This document shows, piece after piece, positions 55,275-64,000 of a stretch of 64,000 bases of DNA (the first letter of the stretch is position 1; every line of letters begins with the position of its first letter). Source of the stretch: Polyangiaceae bacterium (GTDB lineage Bacteria; Myxococcota_A; Polyangia; Polyangiales; Polyangiaceae); assembly GCA_044376115.1 (NCBI GenBank), contig JBILLK010000032.1, positions 1-64,000 of the forward strand, in the 5' to 3' direction. A program made the translations under genes and the position numbers. The notes under the pieces are model-generated. The model ran no database searches. It was given only the letters and a program-made list of their open reading frames with translations, and was not told where the DNA came from.

Positions 55275-55664
55275 TCAGATCTCGAGGTCGAACGCAGCGA
55301 TGCGGTACAACAGCCGTCCCCGAAAGTCTGCGACGCTGCCGCGACAACGAGCCAAGGTCGTCCCGTCGAGCAGCGTGACCACCTCGTCGTCCCCAAAGAC
55401 GGCGCACACGACTGGTGGCCGCCCCATCATGCGCAAGACGTGAGCAGGGACCGCATCGATGGTGAGAACCTCGATCGGCAAGCCAAGCTCGACCTTACAG
55501 GACCGCCACTCTGCCTTGCTACGAACGCTGCCAGCCTCCACGTCGCGCGTGATCTGGCAGAGAACGCAGCCCTTGAGCATCAAGAGCTGCTCCTCTTCGG
55601 AGAGGCTCGTGATGCTGCTCTTGAAAGGTGTCACCATAACGAGCTTCGTGATCTTTTTCGCCAC
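55275..55664 (-). CDS. Hypothetical protein
   Basis: 129-aa ORF with CVLCQIT and LARCRGSV patterns. Confidence 0.55.
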   Translation of the reverse strand: MAKKITKLVMVTPFKSSITSLSEEEQLLMLKGCVLCQITRDVEAGSVRSKAEWRSCKVELGLPIEVLTIDAVPAHVLRMMGRPPVVCAVFGDDEVVTLLDGTTLARCRGSVADFRGRLLYRIAAFDLEI

Positions 55665-55684
55665 GTTGCGGATACGCGGCTCAG

Positions 55685-55834
55685 CTAGGCTCGTTTCACC
55701 CAGTCCGGGTGCGAGAGCGGATCGAGCGAAGCGAGGCGGTACACACCTCGAGAGACGGTCACCACGACCCCGCCGTCACGCATCGCGTAGAGCGTCTTCC
55801 GGTTGAGATCGCGGTTCAAAATCCCTAGGCGCAT
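55685..55834 (-). pseudogene. Truncated AbiEi-type antitoxin / winged-helix relic (49 aa, not in the ORF track)
   Basis: MRLGILNRDLNRKTLYAMRDGGVVVTVSRGVYRLASLDPLSHPDWVKRA* resembles the AbiEi N-terminal pattern TLYAMRD.G.....SRGxYRL....PL..PD. Confidence 0.65.
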
Positions 55835-55952
55835 ACCCGCCCGCGATTGCGACCATTGCCCTCACAGTCGGGGCTACGCTGGCGGCGCTGGGTCGACGCC
55901 GAGCGCGCAGGATGAAAGGCGCAGTGCCGCCCGCGCGTGTCATTATGTCGCA

Positions 55953-56468
55953 ATGTCGAGTCGCCGATTGTTGGCTGGGTGCGCTGCTGCACTAGTGGGC
56001 TGCAGCGATGAGGTGCCGCCCGAGCTGCTCGGCACGTTCTCGTCCCGCGAAGAGATCGGAATGACCGGTCTGGGGTACTCGATGCACCTCACGAGGTTCA
56101 TGATCGCGCCGGACGGCACGGGCGTCCGAACGCGGCTCGGCTCTTGTGACACGAGCGTGCTCGAAGATCCGTTCACGTGGGAGGCTCGTGACGGCGCCGT
56201 TGTCATCACCAATCCGCGCGCGGCGCTCGGGACGGACCTTGGCGTGGACGAGGTCCGGCTCGTGCTCACCGACGAATGCACGCCTTACGGCTTCCAGCAG
56301 GTCCGGCTCGAAGAGGTGAGAGCAGGCGCGGTGGCGTCAGACACAAGGCTCACGCGCGGCAGCGTCTGCTTGGAGTCGTACTCCGATGACTCATGCCCCG
56401 AGGGAGACGAGTGCGACGACTGCAAGATTGCTTGGTGCGATGAGCCCTCGGAGCCGTGCCAAGATTAG
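55953..56468 (+). CDS. Hypothetical Cys-rich lipoprotein
   Basis: Lipobox LVGC; Cys-rich C-terminus. Confidence 0.7.
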   Translation: MSSRRLLAGCAAALVGCSDEVPPELLGTFSSREEIGMTGLGYSMHLTRFMIAPDGTGVRTRLGSCDTSVLEDPFTWEARDGAVVITNPRAALGTDLGVDEVRLVLTDECTPYGFQQVRLEEVRAGAVASDTRLTRGSVCLESYSDDSCPEGDECDDCKIAWCDEPSEPCQD

Positions 56469-56614
56469 GCGCTGATGTCCACGCGAACTCGTGCCGCGAC
56501 GCCATCTTGAGCGTGTCGGCGGCGGTGCTGCGGCGACGAGGTCGAAGTGGCGCTCAAGCCGTTTGGAGGGCTCGCCGAATGACGCTCCGTACCGTCGCAC
56601 CGCCCGCTCCAACG

Positions 56615-57757
56615 TCAGAAACGCGGGTTCTTGCCAACGAAGCTGACCATCGCGCCGCCCGCGTCGGCGATGCGGCGGCAGGCACGGGCAAACATTGCGA
56701 GGCGTTCGCGTAGGAGCGCGTGGAGCGCGGCGTAGGAGATAGACTCCTCACCCTCGTCGATCGCTTGCGCGTCGAGCGCGAGCCAGTGTGGCGGGCAAGC
56801 CTCGGGTACCTCGCGCGCGTAGCCGCGCTCGAGCTCGGCGGCAAAGCGTCGCAGCCCCTCTCTCGCAGCGAAGCGGAATGGTCCGACGCGGTCGCTCGAG
56901 GGTGGGTGACGGTCGTAGGTGCGCAAGTAGTCGTCGTGGAAATTGAACGACGCGTCGAACGGGGTCTCAGGTAGATCGAGCGGCGGGAACGACCAGGCGT
57001 TGCCGTCGCGCAGCTGACGCGCGACCGGATCGGTTAGTGCGTAGGCCCCTCCGAGACCTTCGTTCACCGGGAATGGCAGCGCGATGTCACGCAACGCGTT
57101 CTCAACGAGCTCGCTTGGCGATTGCTCGAGTGCCTCATGCGGCATCTCTTCGGGCGCGAACTCAACGGGCTCGCGATCGGGCCTCGCGTGGCCGACGCCG
57201 AGGTACGGACCCAGGTCCACGTCTCCCTCGATCCCCCAACCCTCGAGCAGGTGAGCCAGCTGAATTCCCTCAATCATCACACGAGGGTTCTCGCGGTCGA
57301 TCGGCTCTTTCACGAATGAGCGCGCAAGCTCCGACATCTCGAGCCGTGCGCGCACGAATTGAAAACGCTGGCGCGAGACCAACCGACCTTCGACCACCGC
57401 AGTGCCGAGCGGCGGTAGCGCGAGCGGCGCATCCCAGCTCGCGAGTAACGCGCGTATCCGCGCAACAGTCTCCTCGTATTGGCGCGTGGGCACCACGACC
57501 GTGGCAAGCGAGCGTTCGCGCTCGCGCTTAGAGGATTGAACGAAGTCGAAGCGAGCGAGCGGCGCGAGGTCCATCGTCGATGCGTACACGCGCAAAGCAT
57601 CAATGAGCGCGTCCACGAGCTCGGGCGTCGTCTCGAACGCGAAGTGGTGCCACGCGCTGTGGGGCTCGAACGGTGGAAAGGCAACCGGGTACACGTTGGC
57701 TACCCGGCCGTTACACATTAGCGGCCCCGAGCACAAGCCGCGCAGCTCCACCGGCAT
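56615..57757 (-). CDS. Hypothetical protein (start uncertain)
   Basis: 380-aa ORF, no recognisable motif. Confidence 0.55.
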   Translation of the reverse strand: MPVELRGLCSGPLMCNGRVANVYPVAFPPFEPHSAWHHFAFETTPELVDALIDALRVYASTMDLAPLARFDFVQSSKRERERSLATVVVPTRQYEETVARIRALLASWDAPLALPPLGTAVVEGRLVSRQRFQFVRARLEMSELARSFVKEPIDRENPRVMIEGIQLAHLLEGWGIEGDVDLGPYLGVGHARPDREPVEFAPEEMPHEALEQSPSELVENALRDIALPFPVNEGLGGAYALTDPVARQLRDGNAWSFPPLDLPETPFDASFNFHDDYLRTYDRHPPSSDRVGPFRFAAREGLRRFAAELERGYAREVPEACPPHWLALDAQAIDEGEESISYAALHALLRERLAMFARACRRIADAGGAMVSFVGKNPRF

Positions 57758-57803
57758 CCGTATTAACCCTTAGCCCCCGGGTGCCGCTCTTACAGACGCA
57801 CCC

Positions 57804-59327
57804 ATGTCCCTCCGAACCAAGTCGCTGCTCTACACGCTCACGAGCGTCGTAGCGCTGCTAGTCGCCTTTTCAGCCGTATTGCGTTGGGTCGTCGTTGGAG
57901 GGTTCAAAGCCAGCGAAGAGAGCTCCACCGCTCGGCGCGTCGAGGAGCTGGAGAGCCTGGTCGGCACCGTGCTCACTGAGTTCGGTCAGCGCTTCGAGGA
58001 CTGGAGCTCATGGGACGCCGTCAGCGACTTCTCAGCCACCTCCGATCCGGAGTTCGTCAAAGAGAACGTCAGCTACGACAGTCTCAAAGTCACGCTCAAC
58101 GTCCAGTTCATGGCGATCGTTCGCAGCGATGGGACGGTGGTCTTGGGAGCTTGGTGCGAGAGCGATCGGCCGGAGCTCGGGCCTTTGCCCAAGGAGCTAC
58201 AGAGCGAGGTCGTCCCCGGCGGCCTCTTAGCCAAGGGCCTCGCGGAGAGTGGGCCGGCTTACGACGGCGTACTGATGATCGCCGGGAAGCCTTACTCGGT
58301 CACCAGTCGTCCGGTCTTGCGCACCGACAAAACCAAGCCAGCCATGGCAGCGCGCTTCATCGTTGGCCGAGCGATGGACGGCGCGTGGGTGGAACGCCTC
58401 GAACGCTTCTCGTTTACCAAGCTGAGCCTCACGCCCAGTAAAGAGCAACCAGCGCCCGAATCGACCTCGACGCAAGGGCGTTCGGCGTTGGCGCAGGGAG
58501 CGCGGATCGCGATCGTCCCGCAGGAGAACGAGGTTCACGGCTTCGTCGCGCTCGCGGATCTTCGTGGCGACCCGGCGGTGGTGCTCGAGGTCACGCGACC
58601 CCGCGATCTGAGCCACCACTCCGAAGCAACGCTCAACCAATCGACGGCCACCTCCGCGATCGCAGGGCTCCTGCTCGTTGAAGCCTTGGCCTAGCGGCCA
58701 GCAGAAGGCGCGCTTTGGCGGCTGGCCGAGCACGCGGGGCGGCTCGCCAATCGGCTCAATAAGCCCGTTGCCGTTGTCGTCGAGCACGCTGGTGTTCGCA
58801 TCCCGCCAGGCCCGCTGGACGGGTTCTGCGAAGCGCTCGTGCACGTGGTCCGCAACGCGATCGATCACGGCTTCGAGTCACGCGAGGAGCGCTTGGCGGC
58901 GGGCAAATCGCCGATCGGCTCGCTGGAGCTTTTGACCCGCGTCGAAGGGCCGGAGACTCAACCGTCGCTCGTGGTGGAGATTCGAGACGATGGCGCTGGG
59001 ATCGACTTTGGTGCGGTCAGGCGCAAGGCGATCGAGCGCGGGATCCCGCTCGAGGACAACGAACGTGGGCTCAAAGAGTTGATGTTTGCCGACGGCTTCT
59101 CGACCCGCGATGACGTGACCGACACCAGCGGACGCGGAGTCGGGCTGAGCGCGCTCAAGGCCTCCTGTATCGCTGCCGGAGGAGCGTTCGAAATCGAAAG
59201 TCAGCGTGGGAAAGGCACGAGCTTCATCTTCCGCTTCACCTCTTCCGTGGTGCGCGACGTGTGGGCCCCAACCGTGCCACCACCCAAAACCAACCCTGGT
59301 TTCGTGGTTCAGGGCGCCGCGAGCTAG
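57804..59327 (+). pseudogene. CHASE4 sensor / CheA-like HATPase kinase, broken by an in-frame TAG and an apparent internal deletion
   Basis: TM plus CHASE4 (DWSSWD). TAG at 58692-58694, then the same frame continues into HVVRNAIDHG, DDGAG, FADGFST, SGRGVGL. No HAMP or Hpt in between. Confidence 0.75.
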
Positions 59328-59420
59328 CGGGCGGCTTCACTGGAGAGGACTCGCAATCTTGCGACTGGGACTCGCATCATCGCGTGCCCTCACCGCGCCA
59401 AACTGTACTAAGTCGCGGAT

Positions 59421-59984
59421 ATGAAATTCGCGCTCCCCCTCCTCACCTCGATGTTCCTCCTGCTCGGTTGCGGCGACGGTGGCGCTGGCGCCGCGAGCGG
59501 CTCGGCCGCAGCGAGCGGCAAGCCCGCCGGGTCGGCCAAGCCGGCGGCCAGCGGCACTGCCAGCGCCGCCCCGGCTGCCACCAGCGCGGCACCGGCGCCT
59601 GCGGCGACCGCCGAGCTCGAGGAGGTCAAGAATGAGAAGATGGGCTACTCGCTGATGCTGCCCAAAGGGACGAAGAACGAAGCGCCGGATGAGGCCATCA
59701 GCGGCAGCTACGTCGTTGGAAAGATCGCCGTGCTGGTCACCGTTATGGGCGTCGAGGCGAAGAGCCCAGACGATCTGCTGCGTGGCCTCGACGAGAAGGG
59801 CGCCAAAGTCGAGAAGAAGACCGATGGGGATCTCTTCACCGTCCACTTCGACAAGGGCGACGGCATCGGTAACTTCCTCGCCACCCGCAAGGGCGCCAAG
59901 TTCCTGGTCCAGTGCCTCGGCGAGGCGAAGGACCTCGAGGAAGGCAAGAAGATCTGCAGCACGCTCAAGCTGCTGAAGAAGTAG
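59421..59984 (+). CDS. Hypothetical lipoprotein
   Basis: Lipobox LLGC, Ala/Pro linker, Lys-rich domain. Confidence 0.8.
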   Translation: MKFALPLLTSMFLLLGCGDGGAGAASGSAAASGKPAGSAKPAASGTASAAPAATSAAPAPAATAELEEVKNEKMGYSLMLPKGTKNEAPDEAISGSYVVGKIAVLVTVMGVEAKSPDDLLRGLDEKGAKVEKKTDGDLFTVHFDKGDGIGNFLATRKGAKFLVQCLGEAKDLEEGKKICSTLKLLKK

Positions 59985-60012
59985 TCCGGCGCAAGCTCCG
60001 GCGTGTGCTCAG

Positions 60013-61635
60013 ATGGTCGGTTCAATGAGCACACGCTTGGGCCTGTTGTTGCTGCTGGGCGTCGCTTGTACCGAAGCAAAGACCGCAGACTCGCCGCCGA
60101 TCGCGCTCGGGCCACTCCGCGAGGTCATCAGCGTGACCGCACCGGTTGCGAGCCCAAGCTTGCAATGCCCGCCAGTTGATTCGGCGGAGCTGGAGGCTGA
60201 GGAGGCCGATGAGCAGGCGCGCGCGCGCGCGAAGGGCCCGGGGGGAAAGCTGCTCCTAAGCGAGGTTGTGTTCGTGCCTGCGCCATCGACGCGAGCTGCG
60301 CCGGTTGCCGAGTATTCGCTCGGGGAAGTTCTGGTTGGGGTTCCGGCCCCGAAGCGCCCACCGTTCGATGGCGTCGGACTCGGCTTTCGAAGCCTCGATT
60401 CGGACTGGTTCAAAGGGAAGATCGATCAGTCGCTCGAGGCGCCGCTCGCAGCCTACGAGCAGCGGGGCAAAGAGCGCATGGACGCCGCTATGCTCTCCAA
60501 CCGACTCGAGCGGCGAGCAAACGTGCTGCGCGCCTTTCCGGCGGAGCGGAGCGAGCAAGTAGCATGTGCGGAGCAGGATCTCGCGGCCGCCAAACAAGCC
60601 TTCCTCGTGACCGAGAAAGCCAGAGACCGCGCGGCGGGCGAACTCCGCACGCGGCTCGACGAACGGCGCCAGAGAAACGCGCATGAGCGACTCCTGCTCG
60701 CGTATCTGCAGCTTCAGCTCGTGCCGGGCAACGACAAAGCGGGTCGAGCCAAAACGCTGCAAGAGTTCCGTACGCTGACCAGCGACCCTTCGCTACCACC
60801 GGAGGATCGCGCGCGGGCCTGGCAAGGAGTAGCCGAGCTTTCGCACGAACCAACCGCCTTTAGCGAGGCAGCGAAGCTCACGAGTGACCCTGCCTTCCGC
60901 ATCGACATGCTGGCCAACCTGAGCGCAGTAACGCCTTTTGAACGGCGCGAACCAAAGTTGCGCGATTTGATCGCAGCCATCGACCAGAGCGCACTCGAGC
61001 AATGGCGGCTGCCCGACGCACTTTCGGCTTTGGCGGTGATTCGTCAGTTCGAGGACGATCCGAACGGCGCGCGCGACCTCGCGTTGCGCTGCGTTTCGCT
61101 CGTCGATCCGAACGACGCCGACAACGTCTATCGCACGATGTGCAGCGAGGTCTTGGCGTGGGCGCTGTTCGAACTTGGAGCGCCGGCCGGCGTCGAGGTT
61201 CCGCTCGTAACGCTTGGGCCGCTGGCGTTAGCGTTGATGGACGAAGCGATAGGTCACTTCGACCGCAAGGCGGCGCGTCACGTAGGCGAACTGTTACTCG
61301 CGCGGGCACCGCTTGCAGTCGAGACGCCCCAAATCCTCGAACGGCTCAAGACGCTGTCCGACGAGTCGCCCAAGGAGCCGCAGTTAGTCAACGAAGAGTT
61401 GGGCCTGCGAGCAAGCCTCACCGTCGAATGGTGCACGCATGAATTGCCGAGGCCCCAAAAGGTCCCCGCGCTGTCGGTTCGCGTGGATACGACTGGACCA
61501 CGCACCAAGCTCAGCGTTACGCCCAACGGAAATAAACCGTTCACCCGCTGTCTCGAGCGACAAGCCGCGCTCTTCTTCCGTGGCCTCGGTCCGAGCCGCA
61601 TCCGTTTCACGCTGACGAGCCCTCCGGAACCGTAG
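60013..61635 (+). CDS. Hypothetical lipoprotein with helical (TPR-like) core
   Basis: Lipobox GVAC; the C-terminal C...FTRCL..F segment resembles AgmX/PglI C-terminal domains. Confidence 0.6.
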   Translation: MVGSMSTRLGLLLLLGVACTEAKTADSPPIALGPLREVISVTAPVASPSLQCPPVDSAELEAEEADEQARARAKGPGGKLLLSEVVFVPAPSTRAAPVAEYSLGEVLVGVPAPKRPPFDGVGLGFRSLDSDWFKGKIDQSLEAPLAAYEQRGKERMDAAMLSNRLERRANVLRAFPAERSEQVACAEQDLAAAKQAFLVTEKARDRAAGELRTRLDERRQRNAHERLLLAYLQLQLVPGNDKAGRAKTLQEFRTLTSDPSLPPEDRARAWQGVAELSHEPTAFSEAAKLTSDPAFRIDMLANLSAVTPFERREPKLRDLIAAIDQSALEQWRLPDALSALAVIRQFEDDPNGARDLALRCVSLVDPNDADNVYRTMCSEVLAWALFELGAPAGVEVPLVTLGPLALALMDEAIGHFDRKAARHVGELLLARAPLAVETPQILERLKTLSDESPKEPQLVNEELGLRASLTVEWCTHELPRPQKVPALSVRVDTTGPRTKLSVTPNGNKPFTRCLERQAALFFRGLGPSRIRFTLTSPPEP

Positions 61636-61693
61636 CGGCGCAGCTCTCATGACGCTGTCGCCGACCGCCAGCAGCAGTTAGGTTCAGAGCGGG

Positions 61694-64000
61694 CTACCGC
61701 CCCCGTAGCGACTGCGAGATGGCGAGGATGTCGGCGAGCACGCCGGCCGCGGTGACGGCTCCGCCGGCGCCTGCGCCCTGAACCAAGAGCGGGTACTCGG
61801 CGTAACGTTCGGTGTGGAACGCAACGAAGGCTTCGGTGCCGCGCAAACGCGTCGCGGGATGCGTGGCCGGCACGCCGAGCGGCCCGACGCGGATGGTCGC
61901 GCGCTGGCCGGGCTCGACCGGCGCCTCGACGCGAGCGAGGTAACGGAGCGTACGGCCCTCCGCCTGCATGCGCCGCATCTTCTCCGCGAAGGCGCTATCC
62001 TGCTTCTCCAGCGCGCGAAAGAACGCCTCGCGATCGTCTTCCAGCAAGAGCTCACGCGGAACGAAGGGCTCCACCTCGACGTCGCTGAATTCGGCGGCGA
62101 ACCCGAGCTCGCGCGCAAGGATGAGCGCCTTGCGGGCAGCGTCGGTGCCGCTGAGATCGTCTCGCGGATGCGGCTCGGTGTAGCCCAACCGATGGGCCTC
62201 ACGCACCGCCGCAGACAGCGCTGCTCCCTGCGAGAGGGCGTTGGCGAGGTAACCAAGCGTGCCCGAGAGCGAGCCCTCGATCAGCCGTACGCGGTCGCCG
62301 GTGCGCACCAAATTCTTGAGCGTCTCGATCAGCGGCAGGCTGGCACCGACGGTGGTCTCGTAGCGATAGGCGCGATGCGCTTTGCGGGCCGCGGCAAACA
62401 GCTCTGCGCGCTCGGCCGACGGTAGCGCCAGCGGCTTCTTGTTGGCGGCGACGACGTGGATGCCCTTCGCGAACGCGCGCCGATACACCTGCTCCATACC
62501 GTCGGCTGCGGTGCAATCGACGAGCACCGGGACGGGCAAGCGCGCAAGGCCATCGAGCAGCGTCTCGAGGTCGGCGGCCTCGGTCGATGCGAGCAGGAGA
62601 TCGCGTGCAGACCGCGGGTCGAGCCCCGTGGCCTCCGAGGAAGAGGCCGCTCGTTGCCGATGTCGGTCGGCCAGGCCGAAGAGCCGTACGTCGACGTCAT
62701 AGCCGGTCCGCAACCGCTCGCGTTCCGAGGCGAGCTGCGCCAGCAGATGGCCGCCGACCGTTCCCTTGCCGAGCAGCAGTACGTTGACCTGCTCGTGGGC
62801 GAGGTTGAAGGCCGAGTGTACCGCGCGCACCGCGACGCTCGTGTCCTGCGCATCGACCACGCACGAGATGGCGCGGGAGGTTGCACCTTGCGAGGCCGCT
62901 CGCACGTTGACGCCGATCGATCCAAGCGCGGAGAAGAGGCGACCCGCGACGTTCGGCGTGCGGCCCATCGCCTCGGCGACCAGGGTGAGCACCGTCACCG
63001 GCTCGGTCAACGTGGGCTCGACCAGCTCCCCTCGCACGAGCTCGCTCGTCAATTCGCTGCGAACGGCGGCGAGCGCGCTCGCTGCCTCGCTGCGACGAAC
63101 CGCGAGCGCCAGCCCTTTGCCGTGCTGCGCATACGCGGCAAAGGCGACCCGAAGCCGCGCCCGCTCGAGCGCGGATAGAGCACGCGCACCGACCTGCAGC
63201 TCCTCGGAGCGCGAAGACCCTTCGATCGAAAGCAGCGCCATGTTCTCGAGCGAAACGACGCCCATCGCGCGTTGCTCGTCGCTGGAGCCGTGCTGATCGA
63301 CCAACGTGCCCGGGTCGAGCGGTGCCGCCGAATTGCGAATCCGCATCGGTACCGAGGCGGCTTGCAATGGAAGCATCGTGCGCGGGTGAAACATCCGCAG
63401 GCCGAGCCCTGCGAGTTCGAGCGCTTCACGGTAGCTCAAGCGTGAGACCGGCTTGGCCTCCGCGACCAAGCCGGGGTCGGCGGTCATCACGCCCGAAACG
63501 TCGGTCCAAATCGAAAGCTCGCGCGCACCCAGCGCGCCCGCCAAGAGGGCGGCTGTGTAGTCGGAGCCGTTGCGTCCCAAGGTCGTCGTTCGCCCTGAGG
63601 ACGTCGCACCGATGAAGCCAGGGTGGAGCGTGAGCTTGGCCGCGAGCCACTCCGGAGATCTCGCCTCGACGTTGGCCCGCGTAGCATCCCAGATAGCATC
63701 TGCCTCTCCGTGATGGTCACTGGTCACGAGCCAGCGCCGCGCATCGACGGCGAGGGCGTTGGTTCCGCGACGCCGCAGCGCCTCGCGCATCAGCGCCACA
63801 CAGGTCAGCTCGCCGAAGGCGAGCACCTGATCCAGCACCGCGGGCGAGCAGTCGCCGAGCTCTCGTACCGCGTCGAGGATGCGCCCAAGCGACCCGAGCT
63901 CACGCGCAGCCAGAGCTTGAAGTTCGCGCGAATCCCGCTCTTCAAGAGCATCAGCAAAAGGCCGCGCAGAAAGCTGCGCCAACTCCTCGACCAGCGACGC
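61694..64000 (-). CDS. thrA: Bifunctional aspartokinase/homoserine dehydrogenase (5' end beyond the window)
   Basis: TLGRNGSDYTA, WTDVSGVMTADP, ACT domains, GKGTVG, ANKK, YETTVGA, GYTEPHPRDDLSG, GAGAG..TAAGV. The frame stays open to the edge. Confidence 0.92.
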   Translation of the reverse strand, partial: ASLVEELAQLSARPFADALEERDSRELQALAARELGSLGRILDAVRELGDCSPAVLDQVLAFGELTCVALMREALRRRGTNALAVDARRWLVTSDHHGEADAIWDATRANVEARSPEWLAAKLTLHPGFIGATSSGRTTTLGRNGSDYTAALLAGALGARELSIWTDVSGVMTADPGLVAEAKPVSRLSYREALELAGLGLRMFHPRTMLPLQAASVPMRIRNSAAPLDPGTLVDQHGSSDEQRAMGVVSLENMALLSIEGSSRSEELQVGARALSALERARLRVAFAAYAQHGKGLALAVRRSEAASALAAVRSELTSELVRGELVEPTLTEPVTVLTLVAEAMGRTPNVAGRLFSALGSIGVNVRAASQGATSRAISCVVDAQDTSVAVRAVHSAFNLAHEQVNVLLLGKGTVGGHLLAQLASERERLRTGYDVDVRLFGLADRHRQRAASSSEATGLDPRSARDLLLASTEAADLETLLDGLARLPVPVLVDCTAADGMEQVYRRAFAKGIHVVAANKKPLALPSAERAELFAAARKAHRAYRYETTVGASLPLIETLKNLVRTGDRVRLIEGSLSGTLGYLANALSQGAALSAAVREAHRLGYTEPHPRDDLSGTDAARKALILARELGFAAEFSDVEVEPFVPRELLLEDDREAFFRALEKQDSAFAEKMRRMQAEGRTLRYLARVEAPVEPGQRATIRVGPLGVPATHPATRLRGTEAFVAFHTERYAEYPLLVQGAGAGGAVTAAGVLADILAISQSLRGR

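Noticed and set aside
59351..59364. Short palindromes TCGCAA-TC-TTGCGA (here) and GGGCTCGCGAGCCC (~52387-52400)
   Set aside because: Isolated and short in GC-rich DNA, with no supporting context.
39540..61635. Integron cassette array or prophage explanation for the run of orphan genes
   Set aside because: Mixed orientations, no recurring attC-like sites, and no integrase or phage structural genes.

Overview
GC-rich chromosomal segment with a myxobacterial (Polyangiaceae-like) gene complement: FHA-sigma54 activators, a Ser/Thr kinase, an nSTAND/WD40 protein, and many lipoproteins and HEAT proteins. The lineage is inferred from gene content only. Left edge: a DUF559 endonuclease gene interrupted at its DGGY|H motif by the 5' end of a group II intron, preceded by a ~155-nt imperfect hairpin and a pair of ~106-bp REP-like repeats. 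Next come a Fur-box-preceded imelysin/HTTM/TonB-receptor operon, an SH3-GH104 lysozyme lipoprotein, and a kinase/FHA-bEBP/HD-hydrolase operon divergent from cesT-like/pspA. A FAAL/CFA-like methyltransferase/ACP/degenerate acyl-ACP desaturase/FabF/radical-SAM lipid cluster follows, then a hybrid histidine kinase coupled to a putative HEPN-nSTAND1-TM-WD40 protein, obgE with a histone-H1-like tail, holB and thiE. An accessory zone at about 46-60 kb holds several broken genes: a diadenylate cyclase, a Zn-ribbon protein, an AbiEi relic and a CHASE4/CheA-like kinase. A partial aspartokinase/homoserine dehydrogenase runs off the right edge. Ten gene starts show a leaderless TANNNT-N6-8-start signature. 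No rRNA, tRNA or CRISPR array was seen. All family calls come from motif recognition by eye; no database search was run.
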